Translations under genes and position numbers: made by a program
The notes under the pieces: model-generated
What the model was told of the DNA's origin: nothing
The model's database searches: none
What the model saw: the letters and a program-made list of their open reading frames with translations, nothing else
Source of the DNA: Mobula hypostoma
Taxonomy: Eukaryota
Length of the DNA: 64,000 nucleotides
Assembly: GCF_963921235.1 (NCBI RefSeq)
Contig: NC_086104.1
Location: forward strand, 135,656,001 to 135,720,000
Direction: 5' to 3'
Shown: in pieces, positions 1-13,712 of the stretch
Layout: every line of letters starts with the position of its first letter
Numbering within the stretch: the stretch's first letter is position 1

Positions 1-830
1 GGGTGGTGATGGAGGGTTGCTCATTCAGTTTTGAGAACGGAGTGCAGTATTTTCCTTGTGCTTGTTATTGCAGTATATTAGTGACTTGTATAGCATTCCA
101 GGTGGAATGACACAGAAGGTTGTGTATAACATCAAACTTGCTGCACGGTGAATTGTTAAGGAAGTTGGCCATCGATACATCGCGATCTGGTTCAAATGGA
201 AAGGAGTGCACGGGACTGGTAGTTCAAACTTAAATCAGATGGGCGCGAAGTGCTATATATTTTTTTTAGAATTTAAACCAGCGTAAGACATACATAGTGA
301 ACCAGTAGATCTCGAGGGGTGTTAATGAACAGAGAAAGCCAAAGTACAAGTAATTGATTCACTGAAAGTGACAACACAAATGGGATTGTGAGGAGGCTAT
401 CTGGTGTACTTCCCTCATGGGCCGGGGATAGGAGCACAACTGTGGGTCATCAGATTACTGATTTGCGCGATGTAGGTCCGAATGCGCTTTTAGTGTTGTG
501 TGCAGTTCTGATCTCTACGCTACTGGAAAGACGGATTTAGGCTGGAGAGGGTGCATAGAAGAATCAGAAGGATTTTTGATGGGCCGGGACAGCTTGAGTT
601 CTAAGAAATAATGGACAAGATGACACTATATTTAGCAAAGATTATGGAGATGTTAGCTTATAGCAGTTTACAAAATTAATAGCCGCAGAAGTGGGATATG
701 GCGTTAGAATGTGAACAAAATCAGTGCAGCAAGTCGGGGAGTATTTTCCTTCTACTACAGAGCGGGGTTCATGGTCGGAAACGGCTTCATTGAACGTTAA
801 TCAAGAACACTCATATTTATTCTTGCATAG
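1..830 (+). mobile_element. Highly decayed CR1 LINE RT 3' fragment
   Basis: Degenerate CVQF-S-Y...RLERV-RR--R motif near 495-570; similar to other CR1 3' ends in the window. Confidence 0.6.
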
Positions 831-1312
831 ACTCCAGTCGTGGGATAGCAGAGGATCTGACGTAACGCAAGCGAGCTGGTTTATTTAGGATCATTATCTG
901 TCCCCAGTTAATTTGGAAAAGAGAGATCTGGTTGCCGACGGTATACTGATATCGTGATGTGAAAGTCGATAAAGTCGACAAGTGCTCAAACCGGCTGAAT
1001 GCACTTATGATAGAAAGATTGTTCAACTCGGAATCTAGAATAATTCCTATCATGACTGTAGCAAATCATTTGCGAGACTCAGCGTCAGCTTGTAAAATAT
1101 GAGTAAACTCTGATCGGTATGGTGCCAAAATTAATCTACCAGTATCAAATTATTGCGGTGCAGAAGGGAGGAAGAAAAGCATATCATATGCATGAGATGA
1201 AATTTAAATCCCGATGAATTCGGAATCTGAAATAATCTGAATTTAATTGGATTTGTCGCACGCTGTTATAATTGTCATTATTATGACTGTCCTTTCTATC
1301 TTTTTTTTTCAG

Positions 1313-1624
1313 ATCACAGAGTTCCAAGATTAGCGTCCGGGCATGAGGAATGCTCAGGAAGACTGGAGATGCAGTTTGGTAAAACCTGGAAAACGGTGTG
1401 TGACCTGCTCTGGGACATGGAAGATGCCAATGTGGTGTGCCATCAGCTTCAATGCGGAGTCGCTGTCTCTGTGCTCGGTGGAGCCCATTTTGGAGCGGGG
1501 ACTGGACCAATACAGAACGGTGTACTTAACTGTCGGGGTAATGAGTCAAACGTTCTGGACTGTCCATTTTCTTCAAGGAATCTTGGTTGCAGCCACATGA
1601 ATGATGTCAGTCTAATCTGTTCTG
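1313..1624 (+). CDS. SRCR group B domain exon (first in window) of a CD163/WC1/DMBT1-like scavenger receptor
   Basis: Polypyrimidine tract and AG at 1311-1312; GTGAGT donor at 1625; 312 nt, phase 1-1. Translates DHRVPRLASGHEECSGRLEMQFGKTWKTVCD...VVCHQLQCG...NCRGNESNVLDC...GCSHMNDVSLICS with all 8 SRCR cysteines. The gene starts upstream of the window. Confidence 0.95.
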
Positions 1625-2524
1625 GTGAGTACTAAATCAATGGGAAATCATTGATGACACTTGTAAATCAATGGCAAGTTATCATTTTTTTTCTTATTGA
1701 GGACGTCTATGTTGTAGTTTCTTTCGATGTGATATCGATGTGGCAATGATCGACAATTTCAGGGTTGAAGTGTGGACTTGAAGAATTTCGCAATGTTTAA
1801 CATTAATAATTGAGTTCCATGTGCGGTTCTGAAGGAGAAATTTAAGTATATATCTCTTTGGAAACTTAGATGTGATGAAGCAGGGATCAGCTGTCAAAGC
1901 TTACTGCATACATTTTCATAGCGTACAATAATGGAAGCTGGTATACAGTTCCATAATCATTGGGGATTTACCTGAGGGGAAAAAAAGGAACACAAGCACG
2001 GATGGACGACTGATGAGATACGGGTGACATATGCAAATCAGCAGAAAATATAGATAATATTATCGTCAGTAAAACGGAAAGACCGGGGTACAAGTAAATA
2101 CATGAAATTAAGAAAACTAAAAGATGCTATGGGGTTGTAGGCTTGCGGGGTACAATGTTAGTCCTGCAACACTATTATAAATAACAAAACACAATACTGC
2201 AAATAAAAATAAGAGAATTGCAAGATGTTTACCAATGCTTTTACTTTAGAAATTGTATTGCACTATAGGGGAAACAGATGGCGAACATCTTCAGAAAACA
2301 TTATTCAGATTAAATCAGAGAAAATATAATGACAAAATGAAGAAAATGTAACAACAGTTGGAAAATCACTTCTGACCCAAAACGGTGATAAATCGCCGAC
2401 AACAGATGGAAAATGAACTAAATGCTGAAGTATACAACAGACTTCGAAATTCTTCTCAGGAAAGCGGTTAACAAGTAACCCCGTTGCCTTTCATCAGTTC
2501 TATCGCAATTAAATTAATTTCGTA

Positions 2525-3845
2525 AGCTCATAATGTGGTAAATTGGATCAGCAAATTTGCTGATGATACAGAGATTGGAGGAGTAGTGGACAGTGAGGAA
2601 TGTTTTCAAGGCTTGCAGAGGGATTTGCAGCAGCTGGAAAAATGGGCTGAAAAATGGTAAATGGAGTTTAATACAGACAAGTGTGAGGTATTTCACTTGG
2701 AAGGACAAACCAAGGTCACTTTTTCTTGAACGAAGGTTCAATAAAGTTCGATCCTTTCCAAAACCGCCAAACAATATCAGCTTTACTCGACTCGGTGAAT
2801 TCCTTTATTTTGATAAGGTTTTCACTCTCTAATATTACTTACAATGGAGAATAGAACACCACTTTGAAACAAAACTGCGTCATAATCCGAATACGCAGCA
2901 ACACGGAGAACTAATGTGAAAACCTAACTGCGTCACCAGGGGTCTCCCTTTTATATACCTGTTGAGAACAGGTCATCATGCGACCTCACTGGCGGAACAA
3001 TTACATCATGTGAGCTCCGCAAGACCATTACATCATCATTATAAGACAGTCACAATATATCCATGAAGTATGTAACAGGTAGAACATATGCGGTAAATGT
3101 TCGGGCACTGAGGAGGACAGTAGAACAGAGGAATCCAGGAATACAGATAAAAGATTCCCTAAATGTGGCGTCACAGGTAGATAGGGTCGTAAAGAGAGCT
3201 TTTGGTACATTGGTCTTTATAAATCAATGGTTTGAGTTTAAGAGTGGAATGTTATGGTGAGGTTGTATAAGGCATTGTTGAGGCCGAATTTGGAGTATTG
3301 TGTACAGTTTTTGTCACCAAATTACAGGAAGTATATAAATAAGTTTGAAAGAGTACAGAGAAGGTTTACAAGGATGTTGGCAGTACTTGAGAAACTGAAT
3401 TATAGAGAAAGGTTGAATAGGTTCGAATTATATTCCCTGGAGGGTAGAAGAATGAGGGTAGATTTAATAGAAGTATATAGAATTATGACAGGTATAGATA
3501 CAGTGAATATAAGCAGGCTTTTTCCAGTGAGGCTCAGGGAGAAAAAAAACAACAGTGGACATGGGTTAAGGGTGAAAGGGGAAAGGTTTAAAGGGAACAT
3601 TGGGGGGGGGGTATTCTTCACACAGGGAGTGGTGGGAGTGTGGAATGAGCTGTCAGATGAAGTGGTAAATGCGGGCTCACTTTTAACATTTAAGAAAAAC
3701 TTGGGCAGGTACATGGATGAGAGTTGTATGGGGGGATATGGTCCAGGTGCAGGTCAGTGGGACTAGGCAGAAAAATGGTTAGGCACAGCCAAGAATGGCC
3801 TGTTTCTGTGCTGTATTGTTCTACGGTTCTGTGGTTCTATGGTTC
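2525..3845 (+). mobile_element. CR1 LINE 3' fragment (split by an insertion at about 2717-3077)
   Basis: SKFADD; LYKALLRPNLEYCVQF..ERVQRRFTRML; (TTCTATGG)-like 3' tail. Confidence 0.9.
2717..3077 (-). mobile_element. LTR-like insertion inside CR1
   Basis: Interrupts the CR1 motif CAAGGT|AGAAC. The minus strand starts TGTTAC and carries a TATATAAAA box near 2950-2960. No clean target-site duplication (TSD). Confidence 0.4.
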
Positions 3846-4804
3846 TACGAATGAATTGCTGCTTGGATAACGCTGAATAAATCTGATCCTTGGGAAAGGA
3901 ACTATACAAGAGAGTTTATTGAAAATTGGACAACAAAGTAGAAAGCCTTGGTTTGGGGGAAAAAAAATCAACTATCTGTCCACTCCAGTGCAGAAAATAA
4001 TCGCGTCGAGACACACTGTGGTATTGCAATCGCAGTTTCGTGCTGCAGACTTAAGCATAATGCCGTCTACATTGATGAAACAAAATGGTTAAGAAAACGA
4101 AATCAATGACATCGGCATACTCAATCAAGACATGGCTTGTGAGTGCCCTGTAGATTTCGACCAGGACGGGGCACTTTTCTAATATCACTAGGAAACTTTC
4201 TAAGCACTTGAAAGGGGCATGCAAATCGAAGAATTGAGTTAGTAGAGAAGAGAATAAACGTATAAATACACCTTAGAAACGATTCAAAAAAATAAAAAAA
4301 ATTCCTGCAAACCCATATCCATATCAAATTCATTTCCAATCATGTGGCGAAAGTAATAGGCTAAATCTGAATGCGAGTTGTGTCTACCAAATCAGGTTGA
4401 ATTTAAACCAAGTACAGTTTGTAATATGTCAGTTTAGTATACATTGCAATCGCATAATAATTAAACTCTGTAAGTATACATCTGAAGTTGATCGACGGAA
4501 GGGAAGTAGTGGGAAAACAAGACTGGGTTTTATTATGGCCAATTTGCATTAAAAAGGTCCTAAGAAAGCATTCTGCGCTACGATAAATAAATAAACAGAC
4601 AGATAGATACACTGATACACATAACATCTGGTAAATCGATCAAACAATCGGACAATCAATAAATACATACGATCAGGAAAAAAGGATTTATCATTGAAAA
4701 TTTTAATGAAAATCCATGGTAGGTAATTCAAAAATGTTACAACAAAACAGAATCTAAATAGAATAAATACACGTTATCCGAAAAAGATAACAAGATGAAT
4801 TTGT

Positions 4805-6145
4805 TACGTCTGTGGTGCGAAAGCTGTTGGAAAATATTCTTAGAGATAGGATCTATAGGCATTTAGAGAATCGTGGTCTGATCAGGGGCAGTTAGCAAGG
4901 CTTTGTGAAGGGCAGATCGTGTCTAACAAGCCTGATACAGTACTTCGAGGAGGTGACCAGCCATATACATGAGGATAGTGCAGTGGATGTGATCTATATG
5001 GATTTTAGTAAGGCACTTGACAAGGTAGGCTTATTTAGAAAGACAGAATGCATGGGATCTAGGCAGGTTTGGCCATATGGATTCAGAATTGTCTTGCCTG
5101 CAGAAGGCAGAGGGTCGTAGTGGAGGGAGTACATTCTGATTGGAGGATTGTAACTAGTGGTGTCACACAAGGATCTGTTCTGGGACTTCAACGTTTCGTG
5201 ATTTTTATTAACGAGCTGGATGTGGGGGTAGAAGGGTGGGTTGGAAAGTTTGCAGACGACACAAAGGTTGGTGGTGTTATAGATAGTGTAGAGGATTGTC
5301 AAGTATTGCAGAGAGATATTGACAGGTTGCAGAAGTGGGCTGAGAAGTGGCAGTTGAAGTTCAACTCAGAGAAGTGTGATGTAGTACACTTTGGAAGGAG
5401 AAACACCAAGGCAGAGTACAAAGTAAATGGGAGGATAGTTGGTAGTGTGGAGGAGCAGACGGATCTGGGGTTACATGTCCACAGATCCCTGAAAGAGCCT
5501 CACACGTGGACAGGGTAGTTAAGAAAGCTGATGGGGTCTTAGTTTTCATAAGTGGAGGGATAGAGTTTAAGAGTTGCAAGGGAACGATGCAGCTCTATGA
5601 AACTCCGGTTCGGCTACACTTGGAGTACTGTGTCAATTTCTGGTCGTCTCACTATAGGACGGATGTGGAAGCATTGGAAAGGGTACAGAGGAGATTTACC
5701 AGGATGTTGCCTGGTTTAGAGAGTATGCATTATGATCAGAGATTCAGGGAGCTAGGGCTTTACTCTTTGAAGAGAAGGAGGATGAGAGGGGACATGACAG
5801 AGGTATACAAGATAGTAAGAGGAATAGATAAAGTGGATAGCCAGTGCCTCTTCCCCAGGGCACCAATGCTCAACACAAGGGGGCGTGGTTTTAAGGTAAG
5901 GGGTGGGATGTTCAAGAGCGATATTAGAGGAAGGATCTTTAATAGTAGAGTGGTTGGTGCGTGGAATACACTGCCTGAGTCAGTGATGGAGGCAGATATA
6001 CTAGAAAAAAAAGAGACTACCAGACATGTATATGGTGGAATTTAAGGTGGCGGGTTATATACGAGGCAGGATTTGAGGATTGGCACAACCATGTAGGCCG
6101 ATGGGCATTTACTGTGCTGTAGTATTCTATGTTCCATGTTCTATG
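4805..6145 (+). mobile_element. CR1 LINE, 5'-truncated RT half
   Basis: GRSCLT, YMDFSKALDKV, SGVTQGSVLG, GKFADDTKVGG, LEYCVNFWS; TTCTATGTT tail. Confidence 0.95.
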
Positions 6146-6199
6146 TAAGAAGTATGAAGAAGTATGAACAATATTTCAATGATCTACAAGAACGCACAA

Positions 6200-9100
6200 T
6201 TAATTAACATCTGTAAATTAACATCTAAGTGTCTTGCACGAGGATCCCTAAGCTGCACTTCTGCACTTCTGTTCCTTTTACCAAAATTCAAGATCATACA
6301 TTGCCCAATACTTTTTCTATCTGCCATTTTTGGTCATCCATCCAATCTGTCTACGTCCTTCTGCAATTGCATTGTTTCCTCAGAACTACCTACCACTCCA
6401 CCTATATTTGTATTATCTGCAAATTTTTCTAAAAGCTATCAATCGTACTGTCAAAATCATTGGTAGTCGACGTCAAAAGAGGCATTCCCAAACTGACCCT
6501 TGAGAAACATCATGACTCACCGGCAGCCAACCAGAAAAGGTATCCGTTATTCCCACTCGTTCCCTACTGCCTGTGAGCCATTCCACTATCTGTGCCAGAC
6601 TCATTCCTGAAATGCCATTGGATTTTATCGTTGTTAAGCAGCCTCATTTGTTACGCTTATCAACTGCTTTCTGAATATTCAAGTCAATGACATGCACTGC
6701 CTCTCCTGTGTCCATCATGCTTGTTACTTCCTCAAAGAAATCAAACAGATTTGTCAGGGATCGTCTCCCTTCACCAGAACCCTGGTGACTTTGATGTTTT
6801 TTTTTTTTTTTGTTTTGTTTTTATTAGTCTCCCAGTACCCTGAAAGATTGCTATTAATAATGGACACAAATACTTTTACGACCACTGAGGTTCGGCTAAC
6901 TGGCCTACAATTTCCGTCCCTTTGTGATCATCTCCAGTTAAAGAGTGGAGTGGCACTTGCAGTTCTCCAGTACGCTGGAATGATGCTATCTATTCAGATT
7001 TTATTTTTCACAACACACACAAGATGCTGAAGGAACTCAACAGGCCAGGAAGCATCTATGAGCAAAGTACATTAGATGGTTCGGGCAGAGACCCTTCGGC
7101 AGAACTGCAAAAAAGAAGATAAGGAGTGGATTTAACGTAGTGAGGGTAGGGAGAGAGAAACAGAAGGTGACAGGTGAACCCAGGAGGAGGGCGGATGAAG
7201 TAAAAAACTGGGAAGTTAATTCGTGGAAGAGACACAGGGCTGGAGAATAGGGAGTCTGATTGGAGAGGGCAGATGTCAATGGAGGAAATAAAAGTGGGGG
7301 GATAACAGCAGAGAGAGGCAATGGGCAGGCAAGCAGATATGGTGAGAGAGGGAACATGGGATGGGGAATGGTGAAGGATAGTTTGCCATTACTGGAAGAT
7401 TGAGAAATAGATTTTCATGCCATCAGATTGGAAGCTTCCCATACTGAATATAAAATGTTGTTCTTCCAACCTGACTGGGCCACTTTCTGGCACTAGAGGA
7501 GCCGATGGATTGACATATCAGAATGGGAATGGGAAGTGGAATTAAAATGGGAGATCCCGCTTCTTCTGGCGGATGTAGCAGAGGTGCTCAGTGAAGCAGT
7601 CTCCCAGTCTACGTCGGGTCTCACCGATAAACAGGAGGCCACATTGGGAGCAACAAGCACAGTGTATCATCTCAATAGACGCAGAGGTGAAGCGTCGCCT
7701 CTCCTGGGAGAACTGCTCGGTGCAATGAATGCTGGTGAGGAAGCAGATGTACGGGAAGGTTTAACGCTTCTTCCGTTTGCAGGAATAGGTGCCAGAAGGG
7801 AGATCAGTGGGGTGAGTCGAATGGAAAATGGATTCGTATTGGGAGCGATCCTTGTGGAAAACAGAAAGTGTGCGGAAGGGGGGAAGTGGAGGGGCAGATG
7901 TGCTTGGTGGTGGGATCTTGTTGGAGATGGCGGAGGTTCCGCAGAATAATGTACTAGACTCGGAGGCTGGTGAGGTGGTAGGTGAGGGCAAGAAGAACCC
8001 TGTCCCTCGTCGGGTGGCGAGACGATTAACGTATGAGCAGAAGTGCATGCAGTGGAAGAGATGCAGTCCAGGGCAGTGTTGATTGTGGAGGAAGGGAAGC
8101 CCATTTCTTTAAAAGAGGAGGGCATCGTCTTCATCCCAGAATGAAAAGTCCAATCCTCAGAGTAGATGTGGCGGAGACGGGGGGATTTGAGAGAAGAAGA
8201 TGGGGTTTTGATAAGTAACATGGTTAAAAGATGTCTAGTCTAGACATCTGTGAAAGTTCGTAGGTTTATAATAGACATCAGTAGTTACGCTGTCTCCAGA
8301 GACAGAAATATTAAAATCGAGAAAGCAGATGAAGGTTTTGGAATTGGACCAGGTAACTTTGAGGGAAGGATGGAAGTTGGAAAACTGATGAAGTCGACGA
8401 GCTCCACATATGTGCAGGAAACAACACAAATACAGTCGTCGATGTAGTGCAGGAAAATTTGGGGACCGATTTAAGTGCAGGCTTGGAACATAAACTGTTT
8501 GACGTAGCCAAGCACAAGGTAGGTATAGCTGGGACCCATGCGTGTGTCCATGGTTACACACTTCGTTTGAAGGAAGTGGTATAGGAGGGGAAATGGTTGG
8601 GTTTGTTGCCAGAAGAAAAGGGAGAGCTTTGAGGCCTTCTTGGTGGGGGGTAGAGGTGTATAGGGACTGGACAACCCTAGTGAAAATAAGATGGTGCGGT
8701 ACAGGGAACTGATATTACTGAAAATATCCAGAGTGTGTGAAATGTAACGAATATCAGTCAGGAGGGACGGAACTGTCGGTATAAAATGGAGTCGCGGTAT
8801 GCAGATATGAGTTCAAAGGGACAGAAACAGGCTGAGCAGATATGAGTTGCGTAGACAGGAACAAGCTCTTTCAGAAATTTGGGATGTAGTCCACTGGACG
8901 AGGTGACTTATTTACCTTAAGACCTTTCGATTTACCCAGCACATTTTCCTTTCAAATAGCAATGCCACTCAATCCTGCTCCCCGACTTTCACGGACCTCT
9001 GGCACTCTGTTAGTGTATTCCACAGTGAAGAATGCTGCAATGTAGTCATTAAGTTTATCCGCCGTTTCGTTGTCCCCCATTACTACCTCACCAGCATAAT

Positions 9101-10215
9101 TCACCAGTGCTCCAATGTCAACATTCACTTCCCAATTTTCCTGCATATAACTGAAGAAAATATTATACTACGTTATATTATTGGCTAGTCGCCCTCATAT
9201 TTCATCTTTTTTCCCTTCTCGTGGCTTTTAGGTTTATTTTTGTTGTATTTTAAATACTTCCCAATCATGCAACTTCCCACTCACTTTAGCAATATTAAAC
9301 CCCATTCCTTGTTTTTTATGCAGTACTTAAGTTCCCTTGCCAGCCACGATTGCATGCCACTGCCATTTGAGAACTTCTTCCTCTGTGGGACATATCCATC
9401 TTGCGCCTTCTGAACTATTTCCTGAAACTGCTCTACTCTGCCTTATCCCCGACAGTAACCCTCTCCAATGCATCTGGGCAAACTCCTCTCTTTTGTCCCT
9501 CTAATTCCCTTTAGTCCATTGCAATACCGATGCATGTGGGATATGTTTTCTCCCACTCAAATTGCTGTATTCAGTCAGACATATTATGATCACCGTGTCC
9601 TCATGGTTCCTTTAGCTTAAGCAACCCCCCCCCCCCGCCACCGCAGTAAAATCTGGATTATTGCATAACACCCAATCTAAGACCGCCTTTCCCTGAGTAG
9701 GCCCAAGCACAATATGCTCAAAAGAAAAACATCTCGTAGGCATTCAACATAGTCCCTTTCTTGTGATCTGACACGAAACTGATTTTTCCAATCCCCTTTC
9801 ATATTGAATTTCCTCATTGCAATTGTGACAATGCACTTATTACATGCACATACCTGCTCCCATTGAAATCTCACCCCATCCCAAAATGCCTTACTTTTCC
9901 CCTTGCAGTTTCTAAAGTCCACCCACAAAAATTCAACATTTATTTGAACCTATGTCACATCTTTCTGAAGATGTATTTACATCTTCCAAAGCTGCTTATG
10001 TATTCATATAGTCTTTTCCATATAAAGTATTTCGTTTGATATTAAACTTCCAACTTCGACCTTCTTTCATTGATGGCTCAGTGATACCCACAATGCCATA
10101 CCAACAAATATCTACTTGCGGCAGAAATTCATCCACCTTACTGCAAATACTGCATGCATTTAAACACAGCGCATTCAGTCCTGCATTCTTTGCCCTTTTT
10201 GAATTTTGCATCTGT
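6200..10215 (-). mobile_element. Decayed CR1 LINE (EN plus RT), split by the Penelope insertion
   Basis: Minus-strand LNACSICSKVDE (endonuclease start) at about 10170; RT remnants at 6250-6960 and 8870-9900. Confidence 0.8.
7010..8865 (-). mobile_element. Penelope-like retroelement (RT plus GIY-YIG remnant), decayed
   Basis: Minus-strand peptides HFLQTKCVTMDTRMGPSYTYL..GYVKQ and NFHPSLKVTWSNS..FLDFNISVSGDSVTTDVYYKPT, plus a GIY-YIG-like (IGETRRRLG-type) segment near 7580-7650. Nested in a minus-strand CR1. Confidence 0.85.
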
Positions 10216-11685
10216 TGTACAATTTAACTCTTTTCATGATCAGTTGATGATCTTTGTGCATATATCTACCACAACGGAAGAGGGTTGTGGATAATACAGT
10301 GAATTAAATACTTAGACTAATAGTTTTGGCCCACAGAGGAGCTTTCTGACATATCAGAACGAAGGTAACACAAGATAATATTACAGAAATATGTATCGAA
10401 TAGATTTCCTACAAATAAACGGAACGCCAAACATCTGATTCATTCTGATATTAACACAGTCATTCCTGAGAAGCAAATTCACAGACACCATCAACAAAAA
10501 AATGATTCACAGAGGGAACCAAAGCAGGGTATTGTTGGGAAGTTCTTGTACATTGACGTTTCAATTTAAATTTTAAAGAGGATTTATTACCAATGTACGT
10601 ATACACAACAATTATAAACCTGAATTTTGTATTTACATGCAAATAATTCTACACAGTAAATAATTCTATCTCCACTACTACTACCGAGACATTTTCCAAG
10701 GCGTCTGACTGAGTCCACTGTGATTCTGTCTATTTGCAAACTTGCTCTCTAATTTTCTGAAGCAGACAAAGATTGTGTATGAAAACAGAAACAATGAAAT
10801 AAGTTATACCGCTAACCACTAACATTAACTTTGTACATGGATGATTTGACATTACGTGTTCCTTCATCAGTTGAGCTAAGGCAATTACTTAAAAAATAGT
10901 AGATCTATTTTGAAAAGATATAAACGTTAAGTTTGGACTGAATAAATGCTTAACATCAAACATAAAGAATGTGCAATGGAGCTAATGGAATACAAAACAG
11001 AACAGCAGGATACAATGCAATTGGTCGAAGAATATTAAACCTATAAGTACGTGGGATATCAACAAGGAAAGAACAAAGATCATAAAATGTAAAGGCAAAA
11101 AGAAAAGACATAATTTACTTCAAGGCTAAAAAAAAAATTCTGCCAAACTGAGATCAACTGTAAATTATAACAAAGGGAATATACACTCTCGCTATACCAA
11201 TATTAATGGCGTAATATTTTTTGTCTGAAACCGATCTGGGATATTAATAAAGAAAAATCAGAAATGAAATAATAAATTTCAGAAAACATCTTGTATATTC
11301 GAATGCACTCAGATTAATACCACCTACGGCAGAAAACAGGACGAGTGAAATACTTTCATTAAAGAAAACAACAATCAACACTCCACGCAAGCATATGCCA
11401 TTCCGAAAAGAAATATATTCCAATAAACGTAAATAAGAGCACAAGCCAAAAAATGAAGACATTATCATTACTGAAGAAAACGTTAGCCAATGGAAGAGCA
11501 TGAACCTCCATGGAAGACACCCCCACAAATTGACCAAATTAGATATTGAAAGCCTGGCTCAGAATTTGAGACCTCCTTGCAGAAACAGAAAGCTTTCTTG
11601 TGGCAAGACAGGATGGGGTGTTAATAATAAAAAAATACAAAACATCATAATAGACCAACAGATACAACAGGGGAAATGCAGAGAA

Positions 11686-13007
11686 TGGCATGGTCCGGTC
11701 CGCGAAATCCGTATTCCGGTTCACAGTCTGGTCCATCGATCGGTATTCCAGATATTACGGTTTTCCTTTGTTCTGTTGGGTGCCCTAACTGAGGCACATG
11801 ATTCTCGTCTAGGCAGACACATCAATACCTCCGGACACCATGGCTTTTCTGCTAGATTGTTCCTGTCAAAACCGCCCTGTTTGAATCCCTTCGCTGCCCT
11901 TTCCTCCTGTAGCCGTACCCCGCAACCAGTGTCTGAAACATTGTCATGCAACCAGTGTCTGAAGCTTTGCCCTACAACCAGTGTCTGAAGCCTTGCCCTG
12001 CAACCCTTGCCTGAAGACATGCCTGCAACCTTGCCTATTCTCACCGTCAAGTTCAACCACCGGAGAGAGACCGGAAACCTGCTGAATCAAGATAAGGAAC
12101 TGTCTATCGTTGAGTTGGAACTGTTTCTGCGTCCACGCTTTCGCTAGGTAGGTTTGGCCGTTTGCCGCTACCTTCTGTTGTGAACCGTCTCTCTGTGCTC
12201 TGTGTATTAGTCCCGACCCTACATCCTCGTCCCTAGCAGGGGTCCTGACTCTGTTCAAAGCCCCGACCCCAAGTCATGTTTACAAAGAGGGGTCCCGGCT
12301 CTGTGTTCCATGTTCTTGTCGCTCAAGACCAAGCCTCTGTGTTCTGTGTTCCTGTCTCAGTCGACCAAAGCTCTGCGTTCCTGTCTCCCTCGACGAAGAC
12401 TCTGTGTTCCTATCTCCATTGACCAAGGCTCTGCGTTCCTGTCTCCCTCGACCAAGGCTCTGCGTTCCTATTCCTCTCGACCAAGACAAGGCTTAGTGTT
12501 CTCGCCCAGCCCACGAGTACCTCGTCCTTCCCAGGAGAACCTCGAGGAACCCAAACCTCGCCATGACCACGCCACGAGGAACCCAAGCCTCGTCATGTCC
12601 TCGCCTCGCTGAACCCAAGCCTCGTCATGTCCTCGCCTCCAGGAACCCAAGCCCCGTCATGTCCTCGCCACGAAGAAACCAAGCGTCGGGGAACCCAAGC
12701 CATGCCCAGACATATAGCCACGTCATGTCCTCGCCTAGTTCCGGGGTTCGAGACCGAGTCAAGAGCCAGGTTCTGGGTCCTTGTCCAGTCTCCGGCTCGG
12801 AATCCAAGCCCAGGCTCCTAGTTCCCAATTCCTTGAACTGGTCCCGCTTTCCTAGCCAAGTCCTAGTCCAAGTCTGTGTTCCTATCTCAGCACCTCGACT
12901 GCAACCATTCACGTCCCTAACTCTAGTCTCTAGTCCTGTCCTGTTCCTAGTACTTCAGTGTTTGTGTCTTACATTTTGTTCCACCACCAGCGTCCCCCAC
13001 TATGACA
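11686..13007 (+). mobile_element. Solo LTR-like element with internal minisatellite arrays
   Basis: Termini TGGCA...TGACA; degenerate 5-bp TSD GAGAA/TAAAA; GC-rich with tandem CCAAGCCTCGTCATGTCCTCGCC and GGCTCTG(C/T)GTTCC units. Homologous to 16106-17630 in inverted orientation. The strand is arbitrary. Confidence 0.75.
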
Positions 13008-13610
13008 TAAAATGTCTAGGAAAGAGAAAAAAAACCAGGCATAATCTAACACATTGCAGGATCCTGTAGCTATTTAACACAGACTGGTTACTTACAGGGG
13101 CACAATTGAGTGGAAATATCATTTATCAAAATCTTGTTTTAAAATATAAATTTATAGATACCATCACACCCTTGTACATAGATCAGCCTGATCCAGTTTT
13201 AGAGTTGGAGCACCACAAAATACAGTATGACCGATGAGCTGTTATCGATAGTACAATGCATAATAACATTCAGGATATCAGAATACAGGATAAACAAGCA
13301 AGAACAACATACTTTGTAGTTATAACCATTCCAAACACACAAAGCGTACAGATATAATTAAAAAAAAGAAAAGAAAAGAAAAACACCAGAAATATGCTGC
13401 ATTCAAAGAGGCAACTGAATGACTTTGGAACTTGAGCAAGGTATACATTGCCCTGATGGGGATATCTCCCACTGGTCTCATCCGAAAGACACTGCACAAC
13501 AGAACTAAGCAATTCGGGCTACAGAGGAAAATCTATGTAAGTATTCAGAAAGCCACATGACTAAACTCCACTGGAATACTCCGGAATTTCCAAACAAATG
13601 ACAAATGAGC

Positions 13611-13712
13611 GTCACACATCAAAGGTGCTGGTGAACGCAGCAGGCCAGGCAGCATCTATAGGAAGAGGCGCAGTCGACGTTTCAGGCCGAGACCCTTCGT
13701 CAGGACTAACTG
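13611..13712 (-). mobile_element. Penelope-like element terminal fragment
   Basis: Homologous to the end of the Penelope copy at 7010-7110 (CACAC..GATGCTG..GAACTCA.CAGGCCAGG.AGCATCTA). Inserted in the 3' end of an R4/Dong-like copy. Confidence 0.75.
13672..13707 (-). ncRNA. Minimal type I hammerhead ribozyme motif in a Penelope terminal fragment
   Basis: The minus strand reads AGUC-CUGACGA-AGG(GUCUCGG)CCU-GAA-ACGU-C-GACU: stem I AGUC/GACU, intact core, stem II, palindromic ACGU stem III and a GUC cleavage triplet. Confidence 0.75.

Noticed and set aside
1880-4800. A-rich segments (1880-2510, 3850-4800) as the 5' half of Dong-like copy A
   Set aside because: Composition fits, but no diagnostic motif could be read with confidence.
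12290-12790. Regularly spaced direct repeats superficially like a CRISPR array
   Set aside because: Eukaryotic context, degenerate units with no unique constant-length spacers, no cas genes; they are LTR minisatellites.
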